In this document: one piece after another, positions 36,647-45,600 of the stretch
Layout of the letters: every line of letters starts with the position of its first letter
Position numbering within the stretch: the stretch's first letter is position 1
Origin: Desulfobacterales bacterium
GTDB lineage: Bacteria > Desulfobacterota > Desulfobacteria > Desulfobacterales > UBA2156
Assembly: GCA_027025555.1 (NCBI GenBank)
Contig: JALVQN010000211.1
Location: 1 to 61,904 of the forward strand
Reading direction: 5' to 3'
DNA: 61,904 nucleotides
Made by a program: the position numbers and the translations under genes
Notes under the pieces: model-generated
Databases searched by the model: none
Told to the model about the DNA's origin: nothing
Seen by the model: only the letters and a program-made list of their open reading frames with translations

Positions 36647-37933
36647 CTAGACGGCGTCCAGCCCCTGTTGAAGGTCTTCGATGATATCGTCCCTGTGTTC
36701 GATGCCGACGGACAGCCGGACAAGGTCCGGTGTGAGGCCCCCTGCCCGTTGTTCTGCTTCCGTGAGCTGGGAATGGGAAGTGCTGGCAGGGTGCAGGGCA
36801 AGGCTCTTGGCATCGCCCACGTTGGCAAGATGCGAAAAGAGCTTCAGGTTTTCGATGAAGGCTTTCCCGGCTTCCATGCCGCCGGCAACGCCGAAGACCA
36901 CCATGCCGCCGAAGCCCTTGCGCAGGTATTTCCGGGCGATTTCATGGGACGGATCCCCGGAAAGCCCCGGGTAGCGGACCCAGGAAACCTTGGGATGCCC
37001 GGACAGGAATTGGGCCACGGCCATGGCGTTTTCACAGTGACGTTGCATCCGGAGCGGCAGGGTCTCCAGCCCTTGTAAGAAGAGCCAGGCATTGTCCGGA
37101 GAAATGCATGCGCCCATGTTGCGCAAAGGCACCAGCCGCATCCTCAAGATAAAAGCCAATGGGTTGAGGTCTCCGAGATCGTGGGCAAAACGGAGATGAT
37201 GATAGCTCGGGTCCGGTTCATTGTAGAGCCGGAACTTGGGATCGGTCCAATCGAATTTCCCCGAGTCCACCACAATGCCCCCGATGGCCGTACCGTGTCC
37301 CCCCATCCACTTGGTGATGGAGTGGACCACGATGTCCGCCCCATGGTCGATGGCCCTCATGAGGTAAGGGGTCGTGAAAGTCGCGTCAACGATCAAGGGA
37401 AGGTGGTGTTGTTTGGCGATATGGGCCACCGCTTCCATGTCCGCCACATCCAGGCCCGGATTCCCGATGGTCTCCAGGTACAAGGCCCGGGTCTTTGGGG
37501 TGATGGCCTTTTCGAAACTGGGCGGATCCCGGACATCCGCCAGCCTCGCATGGATGCCGAACTGGGGGAGGATGCCGGTAAAGAGGGTGTGGGTGCCGCC
37601 GTAGAGATTGCTGGCGGAGACGAACTCCTCCCCGGCGGAGCAGATATTGATGATACTGTAATACACCGCCGATGTTCCTGAAGAAAGCGCCAGGGCCGCG
37701 GCACCCCCTTCCATGGCGGCCACCCGGTTTTCCAGGACCTCCTGGGTGGGATTCATGATCCGGGTGTAGATGTTGCCCAACGCTTTCAAGGCAAACAGGT
37801 CGGCGGCGTGGGCCGTGTCCCTAAAGACATAGGACGAGGTGCGATAAACGGGGACGGCTCTTGAAAGGGTTGCGGGATCAGGCTCTTGACCCGCGTGAAC
37901 GCACAGGGTTTCCAGGCGGTAGGGACGTGTCAT
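36647..37933 (-). CDS. metY: O-acetylhomoserine aminocarboxypropyltransferase / sulfhydrylase
   Basis: PLP-dependent Cys/Met-metabolism family ([17 protein letters not shown] Schiff-base lysine). Start at MTRPYR, preceded by a GAAGGA RBS. An alternative ATG lies at 37948. Confidence 0.9.
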   Translation of the reverse strand: MTRPYRLETLCVHAGQEPDPATLSRAVPVYRTSSYVFRDTAHAADLFALKALGNIYTRIMNPTQEVLENRVAAMEGGAAALALSSGTSAVYYSIINICSAGEEFVSASNLYGGTHTLFTGILPQFGIHARLADVRDPPSFEKAITPKTRALYLETIGNPGLDVADMEAVAHIAKQHHLPLIVDATFTTPYLMRAIDHGADIVVHSITKWMGGHGTAIGGIVVDSGKFDWTDPKFRLYNEPDPSYHHLRFAHDLGDLNPLAFILRMRLVPLRNMGACISPDNAWLFLQGLETLPLRMQRHCENAMAVAQFLSGHPKVSWVRYPGLSGDPSHEIARKYLRKGFGGMVVFGVAGGMEAGKAFIENLKLFSHLANVGDAKSLALHPASTSHSQLTEAEQRAGGLTPDLVRLSVGIEHRDDIIEDLQQGLDAV

Positions 37934-37954
37934 CGTTTTTCCTTCCATGGGGGT

Positions 37955-38332
37955 TCAGGCGATTTGATGCCGGAAAACGTCGCAGGATTTGCAGCGTTCA
38001 ATCTTTTCTCGCCAGGAGGCATGCACCTCTCCCTCGCAAAGGGTACCGTTGATGAACCAGCACAGGTGGCCGGCGCGAAACTCCCGGGCCGGACAGACGG
38101 CTTTGTGTTTTTTGGGACATTTCTTGAGGGTCCAGCAGGGCTTTTTTCGCTTTCCGTCGTCGTTTAGGCGTGAAACCAGGAAAAAGACCTGGCGTTCCGC
38201 GTGGGGAGGGATGGTGCGCCATCCTTGTTCATAGCTGTGCACCGCTTTGATGGACGTACTCAACAGCTGGGCCATCTGTTTCTGGGTTTTTCTCAGCCGT
38301 TTCCGATAGGCGCTGAATTCTTGGCGCGTCAT
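37955..38332 (-). CDS. XRE-type HTH protein with C-terminal Cys-rich (two CW dipeptides, 7 Cys) domain
   Basis: N-terminus YRKRLRKTQKQMAQLLSTSIKAVHSYEQG is an XRE-type HTH. C-terminus reads CWTLKKCPKKHKAVCPAREFRAGHLCWFINGTLCEGE...CKSCDVF. Stop lies 6-21 nt before metY. Confidence 0.75.
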   Translation of the reverse strand: MTRQEFSAYRKRLRKTQKQMAQLLSTSIKAVHSYEQGWRTIPPHAERQVFFLVSRLNDDGKRKKPCWTLKKCPKKHKAVCPAREFRAGHLCWFINGTLCEGEVHASWREKIERCKSCDVFRHQIA

Positions 38333-38355
38333 GGGAACCTCCGTGGGTCAAGATG

Positions 38356-38386
38356 CCTGCTTATACCACAAAGTGATATAAGCAGG
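38356..38386. promoter_or_regulatory. perfect 10-bp inverted repeat CCTGCTTATA-N11-TATAAGCAGG overlapping a promoter
   Basis: The minus strand reads TTGACC...TGgTATAAG (extended -10-like), then GGAGG and the ATG at 38332. The repeat spans the spacer and the -10. Confidence 0.5.
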
Positions 38387-38527
38387 TCAAGAAAAATAAA
38401 CCGCAGAAAGGCGCCCCGGCAAATTCGGGCGGTGCCTTGCACCCTGCGGAGCGGAAATGGAAAAACAGCCGCCTTTTTGGAAGGCCGTGATCGTTCCCTC
38501 TGCCTTCAGGCGGCTTCCAGGGCGGCG

Positions 38528-39094
38528 TTATCCCTTTTGGGGAGTCAGCCATACGGTATGGACATCGCCCACCGCGTCCCGTATGGTAAGAAAAGCGCTC
38601 AGGAGCCTGTTGTAAATCATGGCCAAGGCAAGGGTGTCCGTCAAAAGGCCCAGGGCATTCAGGTCCTTTTCCGAAATGGCCCAGGCCCTGGAATGGTAGA
38701 GGCGCAGTGCCCCGATGACTTTTTCCGAAAATGTGATGGGAAGGTGGACGATGGCGCCGATGCCTTCTTTTTTGGCCTCTTGGGGGTATTGGAGCTGCGT
38801 GGACCTGCGAGCGTTTTGGATGACAAAGGGGTTGCCTTTCCTACTCCCCCGGAGACTCTTTTTGAAAAAGAGCGGCCCCTTGTTCAGGTATTCCGGACTC
38901 AACCCGAAACTGGCCAGGATCTCCATTTCTTTGGTTTCCGGATTCAGCACAAAAAGGCTGCTTCCCTTGATTCCCAGGGATCCCACCAAGAGCTGGGTGA
39001 GATGGACGCCCAGGGTTTCCATGCTTTCCGGTTTTTTGATGATCCGATTTGCAGCCTTTAACAGATCGAAGGTGACTTTGCCTTTTGCGGCCAT
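38528..39094 (-). CDS. stand-alone GAF-domain protein
   Basis: 188 aa. GAF-like pattern (LHLTQLLVGSLGIKGSSLFVLN...GIGAIVHLPITFSEKVIGALRLY). Confidence 0.7.
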   Translation of the reverse strand: MAAKGKVTFDLLKAANRIIKKPESMETLGVHLTQLLVGSLGIKGSSLFVLNPETKEMEILASFGLSPEYLNKGPLFFKKSLRGSRKGNPFVIQNARRSTQLQYPQEAKKEGIGAIVHLPITFSEKVIGALRLYHSRAWAISEKDLNALGLLTDTLALAMIYNRLLSAFLTIRDAVGDVHTVWLTPQKG

Positions 39095-39183
39095 ATTTTA
39101 CCTCCTCAAAATTTTCGGGATGCCCTTTACGAAAATCACGGCCCGCCCCATCTGTTTTTGAAACAAAGGACCTCAACAAAGAC

Positions 39184-39651
39184 TCAGGAGACGATGCACA
39201 CGGTCTTGCCGGAGATATTCGAAACGACTTTTTGAAATACGGTACCGGTGAAAAAACGGGCCACCCGGCCGGGCTTGCGGTTCAAGATGATAATGGCGTG
39301 TCCCCCCTTGCGCGCCTGGTCGATGATTTCTGATGCGATGTCTTTATGCTTGGCCCGGAAGACCATCTTCACATTGGATGGGGGAAATCCGTTTTCCACA
39401 AGGGCGTCTTTCACCTGCTTGAACTCTGTTTCCAATTCGTCAATGCGGTTTCTCACAAATTTCATGCCATCGGTGAGTTTTTCCATGACCGTGCCCTTGC
39501 TGGTTTCGATTTTGGGAAGCGGCATGTAGGCATGAAAGAGGGTGATCACCACCGAAGGCGCACGGGGAGAGAAGGTGCGGACTGCAAAGTCTATGGCTTT
39601 CTGATCGCTCTCGGAGAAATTGTAAGGAAGCAGTACCTTTTCACGTGCCAT
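39184..39651 (-). CDS. universal stress protein (UspA family)
   Basis: 155 aa from MAREKVLLP, behind a GGAGGG RBS. C-terminal USP pattern (HAIIILNRKPGRVARFFTGTVFQKVV). Confidence 0.8.
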   Translation of the reverse strand: MAREKVLLPYNFSESDQKAIDFAVRTFSPRAPSVVITLFHAYMPLPKIETSKGTVMEKLTDGMKFVRNRIDELETEFKQVKDALVENGFPPSNVKMVFRAKHKDIASEIIDQARKGGHAIIILNRKPGRVARFFTGTVFQKVVSNISGKTVCIVS

Positions 39652-39881
39652 CTCGCCCTCCTTGCTGATGAAAAATAGGGATGGGGACCGTTTGAATCCG
39701 GCGTCGACCGCAACATGTGGATGCCTGCCGCGTCGCCTTCCCGGGGCCTCTTGGAGTCTAGCGCGCCCGAGTTCGGCCGTCAACCGAATAATGCCCACAT
39801 TGTGTCAAAACACCCCCAAAAACGGCGGACGACCGGGGATGAAAAGACCCTACGAAAGCCGGGAGATCCTTCTTCAGGTGT

Positions 39882-41249
39882 TCAAGCGCGGAATCGATTC
39901 GCCTGGATTCCGTATTTTTTCATGCGGTTCCATACCGTGACCCGGCAGACACCCAGGATCCGGGCCGCCTGAGACTGGTTTCCTTTGGCCTCCCGGAGCG
40001 CTTCAATGAGCGCTTCCTTATCTTTAAAATCATTTTCTTTTTTGGCCCCTGCACCCTTTCTTTTGTCAACGGGTTGCTTGGGGAGGTGCTCCAGGGTCAG
40101 GGGCCCCTTGTCGGCCAAAACAAAGGCGTACTCCAGGGTGCTTTTCAGCTCCCTGACGTTTCCCGGCCAGGAATATTCCATGAGGGCCTCCATGGCCGCG
40201 CGGTGAATCCCGGTGACCGGCTTTTGGGTCTTTTCTTGAAGTCGGCGGATGAAGGTATCCACCAAAAGGGGAATGTCTTCAATGCGTTCCCGCAACGGGG
40301 GCAGGTGAATGGGAATCACGTTGATGCGGAAAAAAAAGTCTTCCCTGAAGAGGTTCTGTTCGATCAATGCCGCAAGGTTCTTATTGGTGGCCGTGATGAT
40401 CCGGACATCCACGGGAATGGGGCGATGATCCCCCACCCGCTCGATTTGTTTGGATTCCAGCACATTGAGCAGTTTGACCTGAACGGAAAGGGGCACATCC
40501 CCGATTTCATCCAGGAAGAGATCCCCGCCATGGGCCGCCTCGAACCGGCCGAGGCGATGGCGGTAAGCCCCGGTAAACGCCCCTTTGATGTGCCCGAAGA
40601 GTTCGCTTTCCAAAAGGGACTCATTCAATGCCGCACAGTTGAGCTGGATGAAAGGGCCCTCCCGTCGCGTTCCCAGCCGGTGGATGGCTTGGGCCACCAA
40701 GTCCTTCCCGGTGCCGCTCTCTCCGTACACAATGACCGGCGCATCACTGCGGGCCGCCCTTTGGATCATTTCAAAGACCTGTTTCATGGCAGGGGATTTC
40801 CCCACAATCCCGCAGAATTGGTCCCCACATTCCAGCTGGCGGGAAAGCTGTTCGATTTTTTCATCCAGACGGAATACTTCCGAAATATCGGTGAAGGTTT
40901 CCACGGCCCCCAGCGTCTTGCCGTCGGGCCCGGTCAGAAGGGAGGCGTTTTTGAGGATGTGGAGGTAACCGCCATCCTTTTTGATGATGGCACACCGTTT
41001 TTTATCCTGTTCGCCATGACGGAACAGGGCGCACCAGTTGTCATTTTCCTTTGTTCGGAAGGTTTCGCAGGCGTCACATCGCAGCAGGGTGCACGGCCTT
41101 CCGATGACTTCTTCGGCACGGTATCCCGTGAGGCGTTCAAACGCCTCGTTGATCATGAGGATGGTCCCATCGGTACCCACCACCAGGAGCCCCTCATTCA
41201 AGGTGTTGATGATTTGCTCCAGGTAGCGATTGATTTCCGTTTCATTCAT
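39882..41249 (-). CDS. sigma54-dependent activator with N-terminal PAS domain
   Basis: PAS domain (LNEGLLVVGTDGTILMINEAFERLTGY) with several Cys. Walker A (GESGTGKD), GAFTGA motif and a C-terminal Fis-type HTH. Divergent from the TusA operon. Confidence 0.9.
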   Translation of the reverse strand: MNETEINRYLEQIINTLNEGLLVVGTDGTILMINEAFERLTGYRAEEVIGRPCTLLRCDACETFRTKENDNWCALFRHGEQDKKRCAIIKKDGGYLHILKNASLLTGPDGKTLGAVETFTDISEVFRLDEKIEQLSRQLECGDQFCGIVGKSPAMKQVFEMIQRAARSDAPVIVYGESGTGKDLVAQAIHRLGTRREGPFIQLNCAALNESLLESELFGHIKGAFTGAYRHRLGRFEAAHGGDLFLDEIGDVPLSVQVKLLNVLESKQIERVGDHRPIPVDVRIITATNKNLAALIEQNLFREDFFFRINVIPIHLPPLRERIEDIPLLVDTFIRRLQEKTQKPVTGIHRAAMEALMEYSWPGNVRELKSTLEYAFVLADKGPLTLEHLPKQPVDKRKGAGAKKENDFKDKEALIEALREAKGNQSQAARILGVCRVTVWNRMKKYGIQANRFRA

Positions 41250-41272
41250 GGGCGCTCCGGGGAGGTATTTGT

Positions 41273-41313
41273 TTAAACATGTGTTTAATTAACATTAATC
41301 GATTAAACATGTC
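41273..41313. promoter_or_regulatory. UAS candidate: 16-bp perfect palindrome TTAAACATGTGTTTAA plus a repeated half-site
   Basis: Palindrome at 41273-41288. TTAAACATGTC recurs at 41303-41313. They lie 70-125 bp upstream of the -24/-12 element. Confidence 0.5.
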
Positions 41314-41384
41314 AAGGTTCTTTTTCGATTTTAAAATTGTAGGAATATGAGGGGATTAGGTGGGTGATGGCCGGGAAAATGCAT

Positions 41385-41400
41385 TGGCATCAATCTTGCT
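41385..41400 (+). promoter_or_regulatory. sigma54 (-24/-12) promoter candidate
   Basis: TGGCATcaatcTTGCT with canonical spacing. The predicted start site near 41410 excludes the ATGs at 41360 and 41405 and favours the ATG at 41438. Confidence 0.6.
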
Positions 41401-41437
41401 TTCCATGAGGAAGAGGATTGTAGGCAGGATAGAAGGG

Positions 41438-41665
41438 ATGGTTTCAAGAACGAAGATCGATCTCATCGGCAATGCCCGGCCCATTTGCCTTTTAAAGTGT
41501 AAAAGCACCTTAAATCAAATGAATACCGGGGACACCTTGGAGGTCTTGCTGGGGGATCCCGGAGTGGTCCACGAACTGATCGCCATTATCAACCGCTCTT
41601 CGGACCGGGTGGTCCAATGGGTGCAGGAGGGGGATCACTTCAGGATCCAGATTGAAAAGGGATAG
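41438..41665 (+). CDS. TusA/SirA-like small sulfur-carrier protein (non-canonical Cys motif)
   Basis: 75 aa. GNARPICLLKCKSTLNQMNTGDTLEVLLGD...RIQIEKG has TusA-like length and layout, but the Cys context is PICLLK rather than CPxP. Confidence 0.6.
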   Translation: MVSRTKIDLIGNARPICLLKCKSTLNQMNTGDTLEVLLGDPGVVHELIAIINRSSDRVVQWVQEGDHFRIQIEKG

Positions 41666-41691
41666 CGGTTCATCCATCAACGGGGGTTTTT

Positions 41692-42633
41692 ATGGAAATC
41701 AACAGACGATCCTTTCTCAAATTTTCCGGTGCGTTGGCGGCCGGCTCCGCGCTGAAGCCCACCGTTGTCCATGGGGGAAAGCCTCCAGCGCCGCCTGAGG
41801 ATGCCTTGGGATGCCTGGTGGACACCACCCTTTGTGTGGGATGCAGGAAGTGTGAACAGGCCTGCAACGCGCGTCACCATCTTCCCAAGCCGAAGGAATC
41901 CTTCGAAGAGATGACCGTTTTGGAAAACGAACGGCGGATGGACGAGACGTCGTACACGGTGGTGAACAAATACTACCCCAAACAGATCGGCACCCTCACC
42001 TGGCGGACCCGGCCCACCTTCGTCAAGTTCCAGTGCATGCATTGCAATGATCCTTCCTGTGTGTCGGCATGTATCGTGGGGGCCCTCACCAAGCAGGAGA
42101 ACGGGGCCGTGATCTATGATCCGAAAAAGTGCATCGGGTGCCGCTACTGCATGGTGGCATGTCCTTTTCAGGTCCCGGCCTATGAATACCGCAATGCCCT
42201 GACCCCCCAGGTGAGGAAGTGCACCTTTTGTTTCCAGTATGTGAAAGAGGGGGGGCTCCCGGCCTGTGCCCAGGTGTGTCCCAGGGAGGTGATCACCTTC
42301 GGCAAAAGGGCCGATTTGCTGCGCCTGGCCAAGTGGAAGATGAAGAGCAACCCGGGCAAGTATGTGGATCATATCTACGGGGAAAAGGAGGTGGGAGGGA
42401 CCTCGTGGCTCTACCTGGCCTCCGAACCCTTTGAGTCCATCGGCTTTCCCAAGCTCGGGACCAAAGCCCCGCCGAGACTCACGGAATCCATTCAGCACGG
42501 TCTTTTTCAATATTTTGCGGCGCCCATCGGCCTGTACGCACTTTTGGGAGGGATCATGTGGTTTACCGGTTACCTGAAACATTCCCACCGGGGCACCCCC
42601 CAAGAGACCCATGAGAAAGGAGACGCATCATGA
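41692..42633 (+). CDS. TAT-exported 4x[4Fe-4S] ferredoxin-type subunit (HybA/DsrO/NrfC family) with C-terminal TM anchor
   Basis: Signal peptide INRRSFLKFSGALAAG. Cys clusters CVGCRKCEQAC, CMHCNDPSCVSAC, CIGCRYCMVAC and CTFC...CAQVC. C-terminal helix APIGLYALLGGIMWFTGYL. Confidence 0.85.
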   Translation: MEINRRSFLKFSGALAAGSALKPTVVHGGKPPAPPEDALGCLVDTTLCVGCRKCEQACNARHHLPKPKESFEEMTVLENERRMDETSYTVVNKYYPKQIGTLTWRTRPTFVKFQCMHCNDPSCVSACIVGALTKQENGAVIYDPKKCIGCRYCMVACPFQVPAYEYRNALTPQVRKCTFCFQYVKEGGLPACAQVCPREVITFGKRADLLRLAKWKMKSNPGKYVDHIYGEKEVGGTSWLYLASEPFESIGFPKLGTKAPPRLTESIQHGLFQYFAAPIGLYALLGGIMWFTGYLKHSHRGTPQETHEKGDAS

Positions 42634-45600
42634 ACCTCCATGAAGAGGCCGCTCCGGTTCAAGAGAAGTTCCTGACCCCCGGGGTCATGGTCCTGCTGGG
42701 CGTCATGGGCGTGGGTGCCGCGTTTATCCTTACCCGCTTCCTTTTCGGCATCGGGAAGGTGGCCAACTTGAACAACCAGTTTCCCTGGGGCATCTGGATC
42801 GGCATCGATGTGGCTTCCGGCGTGGCCCTGGCCGCCGGCGGCTTCACCACCGGCGCCATCGCCTATGTCTTCAACCGGGACCAGTTTCATGCGGTCATTC
42901 GGCCGGCCCTGCTCACCGCCATGCTGGGCTATACGTTTGTGGTCCTGGGACTGGTGGTGGATATCGGAAGATACTGGAATATCACCAGCCCTGTTTTTCA
43001 TCATAACGGCAACTCGGTCCTTTTCGAAGTGGCCATGTGCGTGATGATCTATCTCCACGTCCTTTATATCGAGTTCATCCCCATTGTGGTGGAACGCTTC
43101 AAGGGCCGGGTGGCCCTGCCGGGGCCCCTTGCCGTCCTCAACGGGCCCATCGAGGCCCTCCTCGGCTTTGCCGACAAGGTCCTTTCCAAGATCATGTGGG
43201 TCTTCATCATCGCCGGGATCGTCCTTTCCTGCCTGCACCAATCCAGCCTGGGGTCTTTGATGCTGATCGCTCCGTACAAGGTCCATCCCTTGTGGTACAC
43301 GCCCATCCTGCCCCTCCTTTTCCTGCTGAGCGCCTTTGCCGCCGGCTATCCCATGGTGGTCTTCGAATCGATCCTCGCCGCCAAATCGTTCGACCGGCGA
43401 CCCGAGATGGAGGTGCTCACCCCCCTTGCCCGGTACATGCCGGTGCTCATGGGGCTCTACCTCGTTTTCAAGCTGGGAGACATGGTGGCCCGCGGCACGT
43501 ATGTGTATCTGCTCGACGGCACCTATCAGACGAATTCCTTCATCGTGGAGGTTCTCTTCGGCGTCATATTCCCTTTTGTGTTGTTGTTGTTCAAAAGGGT
43601 GCGGAAGTCCGCGGGATGGCTCTTTTTCGCCTCCACGCTCTGGGTCCTGGGCATCTTGTTGAATCGCATCAATGTCTTCGTGGTCAGTTATACCCCTCCC
43701 TATAAAATCGTATCCTATTTTCCGGCCCTGGGAGAGGTGTTCATTACGGCGGGCCTGATTTCCGGGCTCATGTTCCTGTATCGGGTCTTTGTGTTCATCT
43801 TCCCGGTGCTGGGGAAACAACCGAAAAAGATGTCTCCCACGGCCCTGGGCATGGTCATTGTCATGGGGGTCATGGTCTTCAATGGAAGGGCCCTGGGAAA
43901 GGAAATGGATGCGGCCTCCAAGCGTCCCATGACCCTTCACGCTGCCTCGGTGCCCTCCATCAAGGACGCCCCCAAGGTTTTCATCCTCGAAAGCGCTGTG
44001 ATTAAGAAATACAGCGACCTGTACGAACCGGTGCGGTTTATGCACAGCAAGCATGCCAACGTGCTGGGGGATTGTTCCATCTGCCACCACCGGATGCCCC
44101 GGGAAGAAGGAGACACGTACGGCGCACCGGTGAAAATGGAACAGCTTCGGGCCATGAAAAAGGTGCCGGTGGCATGTTCGGTGTGTCATGGGGATCCCTT
44201 TAATCCCAGACAACTCCAGGTGCCGGGGCTGAAGGGCGCCTATCACCGGCTTTGCATGGACTGCCACAAAGAGGCCGAACAGGTTCCCCATGTGCGGGGT
44301 CCGGTGTTGTACAGCGCCATGGTCCGGGGGCCCGTGGCCCGCACTTTGGACACCCGGGCCCCCACGGATTGTTTGGCCTGTCATGCCAAGAAGGTGCCGG
44401 ACCACACGAAACTGGTGACGCTTGAGGGACAGGTGGACGCCCAGGCCGTGACGAAAAATTGCCTTTCCTGTCATCGAGCCGAAGGCGAGGCCCTCTTGAA
44501 GACTTCCCATTGGAAATGGCGGGGTCCCTCCCCCTACACCATCGGCCACGAAAAACGCACCGATCTGGGGAAACACTCCAATACCATCAACAATTTTTGT
44601 ATCAACCTCAACGGCAACTGGCCCCGCTGCACCTCCTGTCACATCGGATACGGCTGGAAGGATGCCGACTTTGACTTCAAGGATATGTCGAAGATCGACT
44701 GCCTGGTGTGCCACGACACCACCGGCACCTACAAGAAGGCCCCGGCGGGTGCGGGATTTCCGAAAAAGGACGTGGATCTGGTGAAGGTGGCCAAACACGT
44801 GGGCCGGCCCAGCCGGGCCACCTGCGGCATGAACTGCCATTTCAGGGGCGGCGGCGGACCCGGGGTCAAGCACGGGGAATTGGGCCCGACCCTCCTGATG
44901 GGGACCTCCCAAAACGACGTCCATATGGGTGTGGACAGGAAAGGGATGAATTTCAAGTGCCAGGATTGTCACAAGACCCGGAACCATATGATCTCCGGGA
45001 GAAGCATTTCCATTCCGGCTTCGGAAGGGGACCTGTCCTGCGAGTACTGCCATACGGACCGCCCGCATATCGGGGCCGATCCGGTGGACCATCATTTGAA
45101 CCGGCATACCAAGCATGTGGCCTGCCAGACCTGCCATATCCCCCTTTATGCCAAAAATGCCCCCACCAAAATCTACTGGGATTGGTCCACCGCGGGTCAG
45201 GACCGGAAAGTGGAAAAGGATCCATACGACATGCCCACGTATCACAAGAAAAAGGGGAGCTTTAAATGGAAACAATCGGCCAAGCCCAGGTACTTTTGGT
45301 ACAACGGCACCGTGAAACGCTATGTGCTGGGGGATCGCATCAACGAAAAGGGGGTTACGGAGCTGACCAAGCCTGTGGGAAGCCCGGCGGATCCGGCATC
45401 CCGGATCTACCCCTTCAAGATCCATTCCGGGAAACAGATCAGTGATGCCGTGTACAAATATTTGATTACCCCCAAGCTTTACGGAGGGTTTTGGAAGCAC
45501 TGGGACTGGGATAAAGCAGCCAGAGACGGCATGGCGGCGGCGGGGTTGAAATACAGCGGCGAATATGAGTTCGTGGATACGGTCATGTACTGGGGGTTGA

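Noticed and set aside
38333-38527. A SAM or other riboswitch upstream of the methionine operon.
   Set aside because: No SAM-I or SAM-II-like conserved cores or multi-stem junction are apparent. The only strong structure is the 10-bp inverted repeat, which overlaps the promoter and is better explained as an operator.
39652-39881. A sigma54 promoter upstream of the USP gene (AGGCATccacatgTTGC on the minus strand).
   Set aside because: The GG-to-GC spacing is 14 nt instead of 12, so it does not fit the -24/-12 geometry.
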